A stretch of 64,000 nucleotides of DNA from IMG/VR virus record IMGVR_UViG_3300021256_000057, positions 96,001 to 160,000 of that record. One strand, written 5' to 3'. The notes beneath the pieces were generated by a model that was not told where the DNA came from, did no database searches, and was given only the letters and a program-made list of their open reading frames with translations. Position 1 is the stretch's first letter, and each line of letters opens with the position of its first letter. Source of the stretch: a virus (Duplodnaviria; Caudoviricetes). A program made the position numbers and the translations under genes. Shown piece by piece: positions 57,184 to 64,000 of this stretch.

Positions 57184-57387
57184 ATGTCTATTTCTTACGA
57201 AAAACTGTTCACTTTACTCAAGGAGCGTGGAAAAACTGAATACTATCTAAGAAAAAATGGTGTTAGTCCATCTATTCTTGCTAAGATCAAAAAGAAGACT
57301 GGTGGACTTGATTACCGAACGATCAATAAGATTTGTGAACTTCTCGACTGACAGCCCGGTGACATCATGGAGTATATTAAAGATTGA
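57184..57387 (+). pseudogene. Second Cro-like HTH with TGA at the conserved Cys codon
   Basis: ISYEKLF...KICELLD*QPGDIMEYIKD; TGA at 57349-51. Confidence 0.75.
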
Positions 57388-57608
57388 TAATTGAATTATT
57401 CATATTAAGCACAAAAATGACATTATTGCAGAGAAAAAGAGCATCCAGATTTACACGGATGCTCTTTACTATTGCAAATTTGGATGTCAAATGATACAAA
57501 ATTGATGAGGTTATTTTATCATGTTTGTCAATTGTTTATACTATAAGTTTGTGCTATAATAAAAAAGTGGTCGTTATGACCAATATCACACTGTATGGAG
57601 GTGTACCG

Positions 57609-59009
57609 ATGACCGTTGATAAACTAAATTCCTTACGACAACAGGATGTCAGCAAGATTCAATGGAAACTGGCAGACAAAGTAAGGGGACGTGTAAAGCC
57701 GGATGATGTGGAGACTCTTCTGGTAGCTGCATACTTGGCTCTTAGAGCGGATAACAACAGTAGCATCAAATCTGACATCTTTGCTAAGTTCGATGAAGAG
57801 ATGCGTGACCACATCGAAAAAGATTTATCTCTCTATGAAGAGATAGCAAAAGCAATGAATGAGGCAGTTTCAAAGGATGAGTTGCTTGCGTTCTTCATGT
57901 TCGGTGAGTACATGGATACTGACCGTAACATTGAACCGCAGGCATGTGTATGCAGATTGATTGCAAGACTGCTGGATGTACAGGAAACAGACTCTGTTGT
58001 GGAGATAGGTAATACGCACGGAGCATTCATCGTAGAGGCGGAAGGATGCGGCATCCACACAGTATACGGAAACTCGTTTGATACTGTTGCCAAGTTGCGT
58101 GCAGATATGCTTGGTGTGCAACTGCGTGAAGTCGAGCAGGACAAAGTGTATGACAAATCTGTGATAATCCATCCAATCTACGACCACAAGCACGCAGATA
58201 CTGTATATGATGAGATCATTCATGATGCGAAACTCTGCAAAACGAGCGCTGTTTTTGTGCTCAATGGATTCACGTTCTCCACGAAGAGATCGGATGTAGA
58301 GCGCAGAAAACAGATATTCGATAGGATCAAAGCGGTCATCGAACTCCCTCCTGGCATGTGTAAAAGCTCTATGGTGTCAACATCAATCATAATTGTCGAC
58401 AATGAACCCAGCAACATCCGACTCATTGATGCACAAATGATGTACACTGGAGAAGGAAGGCGTAGATATTTATCTATCGACGATATCGAGAGCATCAATA
58501 ATATGATGCAAACAGATACAGAAAAAGCCCATACCTTGGACAAGTCAGCGATAGACAAGGAAAAGTGCATCATCATTCCATCTCACTACTATAATGTTAC
58601 TGCTGGAAGACCTATGATGAATATCAGTGAGGCAGTAGTCAGCGTTTACGGAAGAAGAGAGTTGCTAAATCTTAATGAATATGATAATGGACTGGTTTTT
58701 TCAGGGAGAGACATCAAGGTTCTGACAGAAGATACAGACATCTCTAAAGCAAGATTGGTCGTTCTTCTGGATAGTTCAAAACTTCTTGCAGAGTATACTT
58801 CACTTTTCTTCAGCACCCAAGCTGGGCAAGACCTTATCAATTCTATCTCCTACACTGCTACAATGCCCATGTGGTCGAAAAACATGCTCGAACTGCTCTC
58901 TGTACCGGAAATGAGCATCGATGATCAGAAGAAAACGATAGCAGAGGCTAAATCGCTCAAGGAAACGATCGATGATGCTACAAACAGGCTAAATTCTTTA
59001 TTTGACTAA
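57609..59009 (+). CDS. Degenerate Type I HsdM-like methyltransferase fused to a partial HsdS-like region
   Basis: HsdM C-terminal pattern (NGFTF..RKQI..IKAVIELP..VSTSIII..IRLIDA..RRYLS.DDI), but motif I reads EIGNTHGAF and motif IV reads IHPIY; tail LLSVPEMSIDDQKK; start taken at ATG 57609 (RBS GGAGG). Confidence 0.68.
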   Translation: MTVDKLNSLRQQDVSKIQWKLADKVRGRVKPDDVETLLVAAYLALRADNNSSIKSDIFAKFDEEMRDHIEKDLSLYEEIAKAMNEAVSKDELLAFFMFGEYMDTDRNIEPQACVCRLIARLLDVQETDSVVEIGNTHGAFIVEAEGCGIHTVYGNSFDTVAKLRADMLGVQLREVEQDKVYDKSVIIHPIYDHKHADTVYDEIIHDAKLCKTSAVFVLNGFTFSTKRSDVERRKQIFDRIKAVIELPPGMCKSSMVSTSIIIVDNEPSNIRLIDAQMMYTGEGRRRYLSIDDIESINNMMQTDTEKAHTLDKSAIDKEKCIIIPSHYYNVTAGRPMMNISEAVVSVYGRRELLNLNEYDNGLVFSGRDIKVLTEDTDISKARLVVLLDSSKLLAEYTSLFFSTQAGQDLINSISYTATMPMWSKNMLELLSVPEMSIDDQKKTIAEAKSLKETIDDATNRLNSLFD

Positions 59010-59013
59010 AACA

Positions 59014-59048
59014 AATTGCCTGAGAGATCATGTGTCTCTCAGGCAATT
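59014..59048. terminator. Bidirectional terminator hairpin
   Basis: AATTGCCTGAGAGA...TCTCTCAGGCAATT between convergent genes. Confidence 0.8.
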
Positions 59049-59066
59049 ATGCTACATGGATTTAAT

Positions 59067-59606
59067 TCAGTAAACTTCAAACAGCTCTCGCTCGATTCTA
59101 GTGACTTCTATGTAAATCGGTGCAAGCCGCTTCAACACCCCTTCATACGGCTCTGCATATGATCTTTGTATCTCGATGTCCTCTTCGATCTCGATGTCCT
59201 TCATCTCTTCAATATCGCGTTCGAGGTCAATGCCGTATGGAGGCCTATCTGCATCATAGTTGAACGTACTACCGTTAAGCATGGATTCAACATACATTGG
59301 GTCTACTTTATCGGTATCGATCACAAATACCAATGCTTTGAAATTGATGTATACCCTCTCACCATCATTGGGAATCAGTGCGATAGCTCTGCCATGGTCA
59401 GATGGTATCACGATACAAGGAGCATCTACACAATACTGCTCTGGTACTTCTGCATATCTGTCTACAGAGTAGAGATAATTGGTATTGATGTACCTTGTAA
59501 GGTCTATTCTCCTAAGAAGTCGAGTTCCAGTTGGTTTTGGACATGGTGTGACATCTATTCCGTGCTTTGTCATAAAGCACTTTTTTGATGCATCAGTTAA
59601 AGTCAT
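59067..59606 (-). CDS. Possible HsdS TRD-like half subunit
   Basis: IVIP...FVIDTDKVDPMYVESMLN...IEI...IEIQRSY + helix, like a TRD plus conserved helix. Confidence 0.45.
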   Translation of the reverse strand: MTLTDASKKCFMTKHGIDVTPCPKPTGTRLLRRIDLTRYINTNYLYSVDRYAEVPEQYCVDAPCIVIPSDHGRAIALIPNDGERVYINFKALVFVIDTDKVDPMYVESMLNGSTFNYDADRPPYGIDLERDIEEMKDIEIEEDIEIQRSYAEPYEGVLKRLAPIYIEVTRIERELFEVY

Positions 59607-59739
59607 AATATCACTTCCATCTCTAGTATAATATGGTTAGGATGATCCTTATTTATATTATACAAGAAATGTCACAAAAAGTATATTGACACAACGTACA
59701 AAATTACCACGGATTATTTGGATGGATGGAAAAACAATT

Positions 59740-59766
59740 AGAGGGGTCAGATGATCCGACCCCTCT
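59740..59766 (-). terminator. Terminator after the sheath gene
   Basis: AGAGGGGTC...GACCCCTCT, T-rich tail on the minus strand. Confidence 0.75.
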
Positions 59767-59788
59767 TGTGTTATTGTATTGTGTTCGA

Positions 59789-61726
59789 TCAAGCACCAAA
59801 CTGTGATAGGTCAGTTCCAGGCGGCAGAGCGATGAGGTCGATGGTAATATCATTGATAACACCAGGGATGACCAGATAGATCTTACCGATAACTGAATTT
59901 GCATTTACCTGAGCCAGACCATCGATATCTGCTGCCATTGTAATGTAGTAATCATTGATAGCGCCTACATTCTTCATGGTATCAAGGAGTGGTGTCATGC
60001 CAGCGTAGAACTTATCATAAGCCGCATTGTTGTTGTACTGGAATGTGATCGAGATACCGCAGCGATATGATCTATCCTCAACGGCATTTACAAGCCAACG
60101 TGTAGAGAGATTTGCAAGTGCCTGGTACGTTGCAAGCGGCTTGTTGAACAGAGTGGAGTTGCCCCAGATGTTAGTACCGAGGTCAGGAATCTGAGTAAGA
60201 GCATTTACACCTACGCCGTAGTTGTTATTCTGCCATACATCCATGATCTTCTTCGGGACTTTATACTCAAGTTTTCCGATCTTCAAATTGTGTTTGCGGT
60301 TGGTAGGCAATGCCCACTCATATTGTACAGCCTGATTGAGGATCTGTGCTCTCTCAATAAGGAGAGCAATCAAGGATGGGGATGTAAGAACAGACTTGCC
60401 CATGCCTGCAAGTGTGTAATACGCCCACGGAGCGAACAACGCAGAGTTCGTTGTATAGAGCTTACCGTTGTTCTCTAGCAGAACAGTAGCAGGCGTGCTT
60501 GCAGCGAGCTTCTGTGCGTATCCGCCGTTTGTTTCATCACATACATACTTTCTTGCACAGGACTTTGGAATATCAAGATACGCTGTAGCGCAGCGGCTAT
60601 AGTATGCTGTGAGCATCAGCTTATGATGGAGCGGAGATACTACAGCAAGAGGAGTAGCCATCTTCTCAGAAGAATCATTGATCCACTGGATATCCTGATC
60701 ATCCCAGCCAGGGCAGATCACACGATTAGGAGCATAGTTGAGCTTGTCCTCAAGGCAGCTATATGCGAAATATGCATATGTGTATAGCCACTCTCTGTAA
60801 TAGATCAGATTTGCACGAGCAGGTGAAACACTTGAAGAAGCTGATGAGCCAAGATTATTTATCGCAGTATAATACTGCATCGTTGTCCAACTATCTGCTG
60901 GGTAGCCTGCCCCAAGAGGGTCTGGAGATGTATATCTTATCTGTGCAAGAGCAAGGACTTTCTTCTTGATCGTGCTATCCGAATGCTCTTGGTCGTCCCA
61001 AACACCCTCAGATACTACCGTATAGTCAGACCCATTTATTAGCGACATAGGATCTTCCGTACCCGGTTTGAACATAAAAGTATCATCAAGATCGGATGGC
61101 TTTGTAAATACAACATAATTAGACTCGACCTCACCAATATATGGAATGGTGTCTGTGGAGTTTGTAGGATCCATGCAGAATACAAGATTCTCTACAGCAG
61201 ATCGAGCGCCTGAAGAGTCTTTTACATACACAATTGCAGTGCAATATGTTGTATCAGCCTGCTTAATAAACGTAACAAGGATATTATTACCAAATGAGCC
61301 TGGATACTTTGCGGCTACAGTAAGTTGACGAACAACTGGCTGTCCACCAGAAGTACCGGCTTTCTCAAAATTAAATCCTCTAGATGCCGTAGCGCCAGGA
61401 GACAATCTACATGCCAGAACATCGTATCCAGCGGTAAGCAATGTAATGGCCATCTGATATGAGTAGTCATTTGCTAGACGATACTCCGTAGATGGACCGC
61501 GATACGTTGCAACAAACTGTTCCAAGCCCTCTCGGGTTGCCGGGAAGTGAAGCCACTGTGTCTCTTCCAATGCATCAGCTACAGTATCAGTAGAGATGGT
61601 ACCGCTGATATTGGTCAGCGCTGGACCCCATGAAGCTGTAATTGGAAGTGCTACAGTACAGTATTCAGATGCACCGATATTAAACGTGTAATTCTGGCTA
61701 AATTCATTGATCACTATCTGTGCCAT
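59789..61726 (-). CDS. Contractile tail sheath protein
   Basis: WGP, AAKYPGSFGNNI, FAPW, VNAL..IP..G..IWGNSTL, LSTRWL, GAINDY, IGKIYL. Confidence 0.92.
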   Translation of the reverse strand: MAQIVINEFSQNYTFNIGASEYCTVALPITASWGPALTNISGTISTDTVADALEETQWLHFPATREGLEQFVATYRGPSTEYRLANDYSYQMAITLLTAGYDVLACRLSPGATASRGFNFEKAGTSGGQPVVRQLTVAAKYPGSFGNNILVTFIKQADTTYCTAIVYVKDSSGARSAVENLVFCMDPTNSTDTIPYIGEVESNYVVFTKPSDLDDTFMFKPGTEDPMSLINGSDYTVVSEGVWDDQEHSDSTIKKKVLALAQIRYTSPDPLGAGYPADSWTTMQYYTAINNLGSSASSSVSPARANLIYYREWLYTYAYFAYSCLEDKLNYAPNRVICPGWDDQDIQWINDSSEKMATPLAVVSPLHHKLMLTAYYSRCATAYLDIPKSCARKYVCDETNGGYAQKLAASTPATVLLENNGKLYTTNSALFAPWAYYTLAGMGKSVLTSPSLIALLIERAQILNQAVQYEWALPTNRKHNLKIGKLEYKVPKKIMDVWQNNNYGVGVNALTQIPDLGTNIWGNSTLFNKPLATYQALANLSTRWLVNAVEDRSYRCGISITFQYNNNAAYDKFYAGMTPLLDTMKNVGAINDYYITMAADIDGLAQVNANSVIGKIYLVIPGVINDITIDLIALPPGTDLSQFGA

Positions 61727-61964
61727 TTTCCATGCTCTCCTTTACATTAAGTGATTTTCTGGAACGATGCTTTGTGACCTCAGACTTTTCTGACTCATCA
61801 GTCACAGGAACTTGTTCCGTCTTTGTATTATCTACAGGTGGATCATTTACACGGATAAGATCTCTACTCCAGATAGGCTCTGGTAGTCCTCGAACCTCTC
61901 CGGCAGGAATGGTAATACCAAATGCGACCTTATCTATGCTTGTCCTATTATAATAGAAGTACAT
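61704..61964 (-). CDS. Small protein upstream of the sheath gene
   Basis: RBS AGGAG; AACCTTATA at 61998. Confidence 0.65.
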   Translation of the reverse strand: MYFYYNRTSIDKVAFGITIPAGEVRGLPEPIWSRDLIRVNDPPVDNTKTEQVPVTDESEKSEVTKHRSRKSLNVKESMENGTDSDQ

Positions 61965-62004
61965 TATCTCACGCTCCTAATAATGGATTCAATAGTATAT
62001 AAGG

Positions 62005-62607
62005 TTAGCTTTCGTGAATAGCAACTTCATGTGTCATTCGTTTTAGATGTGCGGGAGTATAATTAACAAGAACTGCACCATCACACACCAAGTTAAGAAT
62101 GCTTTGATATAATCTTCCTGTCTCAAGGTACTCACCAGAGGATGACTGTACTGCGCCACTACTATTTTCAAGCCTTACTCCAAACCGAACACGTCTATTA
62201 CACTCATACGGGAGAGTGATAGTGTAAAAATACTCAGATGTATATTTGAATACTAATTCTCGTATGATCTCATCCATATCCTCTTGATTTGTTGTAAGGA
62301 TGGTCATAGCGTAGGTTAGCCGTATAGGTATGACTTTTTCATAATACAAATTATTAGTTTTTGGATCAATGACTGATACTACGCCAGCTTGCGCCCAGCT
62401 CGAATTTGGATGATCGGAATTGAGATCATATTCTCGTGACAAGGCAACTATCGGAAATTTGATGTTATCATTCTGAATCTGAGCGGCTAGACCTACCATC
62501 TGCTCTGGGCTAATGACTCTTACAACAGGCTCATCCACTTCGCCAGGATTGAAGCTATTTATCAGATCATCTACGATAGCTCTATCATATAAATACACCA
62601 TGCACAC
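62005..62607 (-). CDS. Tail terminator/sheath stabiliser (gp15/gp3-like)
   Basis: FPIVALSR...IPIRLTY.MTI.T..QEDMDEI.REL; position. Confidence 0.6.
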   Translation of the reverse strand: MCMVYLYDRAIVDDLINSFNPGEVDEPVVRVISPEQMVGLAAQIQNDNIKFPIVALSREYDLNSDHPNSSWAQAGVVSVIDPKTNNLYYEKVIPIRLTYAMTILTTNQEDMDEIIRELVFKYTSEYFYTITLPYECNRRVRFGVRLENSSGAVQSSSGEYLETGRLYQSILNLVCDGAVLVNYTPAHLKRMTHEVAIHES

Positions 62608-62608
62608 A

Positions 62609-63169
62609 TCACCGCTTGTAATTGTCCGTATCGTAGGTATCTCCTCGATAGTCGGTCTTTGGCTTTAAGAACGTATTAGACTTATTGAACTTCTTCTCGA
62701 TCTCTTTTTCAGTTCTTCCAACAGTCTGCTTCTCATATGCTGGAACGACCTGGGCAATAATATGATCAGGTGCTTGCATATCTGTTGTAAGCTCTGTCAC
62801 ACGGAACACTCTATCTGGCATACCAGTATATTGACCTGAGATATGAAACAAGCAATCCTTCTGGAGATTGTGGAGATGGAAGCTGCAGTGGATCAAGAAT
62901 GGGAGGTCAGTATTCCCCTCAACGACCCATCCTAGACGCTTGTACGTTTTTATCTTTGGGTTTCCGTCAAAGAATATATGTATGTTCTCAAACTCAGAAT
63001 AGCTGTCTATGACTGGCTCTCCTTGTGTAGAACTGGATGCCATATGAGGAAATTGATATTTTGCCGGGATTCCTTGGAGTTCAAGTGCTTCATCATAATA
63101 ATACCGGAGTATCTCAATATCCTCGCCAATTAGATTAGCCATTTTCATTCTCCTCAAGAATATCATCAA
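62609..63169 (-). CDS. Neck/head-closure protein (gp14-like); start probably 63140
   Basis: YYDEALELQGI...Y, LGWVVE, FRVTEL; position. Confidence 0.55.
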   Translation of the reverse strand: MMIFLRRMKMANLIGEDIEILRYYYDEALELQGIPAKYQFPHMASSSTQGEPVIDSYSEFENIHIFFDGNPKIKTYKRLGWVVEGNTDLPFLIHCSFHLHNLQKDCLFHISGQYTGMPDRVFRVTELTTDMQAPDHIIAQVVPAYEKQTVGRTEKEIEKKFNKSNTFLKPKTDYRGDTYDTDNYKR

Positions 63170-63749
63170 TATTAGCTACGAAATCGAGCCATCCCCAGTC
63201 CCATTTATTTGTAGTCTCCGTAGATGAGATGTTAATACAACTTCCCTCTCGCAAGGCTCGTACAAATTCATGCTCGCTGCATATGTATGTATTATTGATC
63301 CATGCAGGGTTCTGCTTGATCTGGAATACAACAATGGAGCTTTTTACCTTATATGTGCCATTCTTAGATCGGTATACAGGAAGAATGCGTAGTTTGTCAA
63401 ATCCGAGCGATCTCAGTTCAGACAAATATTCCAACTGAGCAGAAGGAAGATGCTTATATTGAACATAAGTAACAAAAAATCCATATGTATACAAGGATTT
63501 CAATATCTGCTCCGTAGTCAAGTACATAGAAGAGGATTCATCATCAGTTATTACAGCACTACCAGATGGATCGATGATACAAGTGAATACAGGACCATAT
63601 GTTTCATGTGAAACATTTATTCTCAATCCAGTCAGTTCTGTGTTATTGATGATATCAGCGACCTTGACGGATAGTTTTGCACTTGTGTTTGATTTGATTC
63701 CAGATAGCTGATGCCAGTCTGTAATTTCATATCTGAGTGGTTCACTCAT
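63135..63749 (-). CDS. Hypothetical structural-region protein
   Basis: Start taken at ATG 63749, overlapping the upstream stop. Confidence 0.6.
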   Translation of the reverse strand: MSEPLRYEITDWHQLSGIKSNTSAKLSVKVADIINNTELTGLRINVSHETYGPVFTCIIDPSGSAVITDDESSSMYLTTEQILKSLYTYGFFVTYVQYKHLPSAQLEYLSELRSLGFDKLRILPVYRSKNGTYKVKSSIVVFQIKQNPAWINNTYICSEHEFVRALREGSCINISSTETTNKWDWGWLDFVANIDDILEENENG

Positions 63750-64000
63750 CAGTATCACCGCCAATGTAGCATCTCAGCTCAGTCTGAAACGCTCTCAGGT
63801 CATCTTGATTGGTATTTGGGAAATTCGAGAAGAAGCGAGCGATCATATCTATCTTCAACTGGAACCAAAGCATATTCTTTTCTAATTCAGAATACTCTGG
63901 ATGCTTCTCGCAGAAGATAAGATATCTCGTAGGTACGCTACTAAATGCTTTCAGGCTCTTTGGGTCAAGCTCTTCAAGATCAGCTCGTTCCAGCTCGTGG
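63742..64000 (-). CDS. Hypothetical protein, C-terminal part (enters from the right edge)
   Basis: Open frame ...HELERADLEELDPKSL...ELRCYIGGDTDE*. Confidence 0.6.
   Translation of the reverse strand, partial: HELERADLEELDPKSLKAFSSVPTRYLIFCEKHPEYSELEKNMLWFQLKIDMIARFFSNFPNTNQDDLRAFQTELRCYIGGDTDE

Noticed and set aside
57349-57351. Selenocysteine at the TGA replacing Cys in the HTH
   Set aside because: One base change from TGY explains it, no convincing SECIS hairpin follows, and the protein is not a redox enzyme.
14842-57387. Stop-codon reassignment suggested by in-frame stops in tnpA, the yafQ-like gene and the second Cro-like gene
   Set aside because: The stops are of all three types (TAA, TAG, TGA), long structural genes are open in the standard code, and TAG and TGA end ordinary genes. 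Simple nonsense mutations fit better.
1-64000. tRNA or rRNA genes (expected given thg1)
   Set aside because: No cloverleaf or T-loop signature was found by eye in the intergenic gaps; tRNAscan-SE or ARAGORN would be decisive.

Overview
The window is a 64-kb piece of a large, T4-like contractile-tailed (myovirus, probably jumbo) phage. Its host is most likely a Bacillota/Clostridia anaerobe (inference). Almost all genes lie on the - strand. Virion genes (baseplate gp6/gp25/gp5-OB/gp53/hub-like, tape measure, chaperones, tube, sheath, neck) and two multi-domain peptidoglycan hydrolases are scattered among accessory islands. Notable content: (1) a candidate anti-CRISPR operon, with a Cas8c-C-terminal/Cas11-like domain fused to an XRE HTH, followed by an AcrVA2-like gene; a second AcrVA2-like paralogue lies 10 kb away; (2) a 134-aa mini-intein inserted exactly at the catalytic Cys of a CHAP lysin; (3) an IS200/IS605 element (dead tnpA, intact tnpB) splitting a VbhA-like antitoxin, and an IS607 element whose transposase sits behind a phage-type promoter motif; (4) two ~70-bp palindromic sites with a CCCTAGGG core that bracket a methyltransferase cassette and abut a host-derived, catalytically dead GH25-ABC-ATPase chimera; (5) a degenerate Type I HsdM/HsdS-like pair; (6) an Rnl2 + Thg1 RNA-repair pair; (7) a readable transcription programme: sigma70 promoters, two recurring phage promoter motifs (ACTCGTTATA, AACCTTATA), a four-operator divergent switch and a sigma-like gene; (8) late genes sharing a basic MKIY/[VI]x[AS][ASG] leader. 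All calls come from motif recognition by eye; no database search was run. No tRNA, rRNA or CRISPR array was seen.
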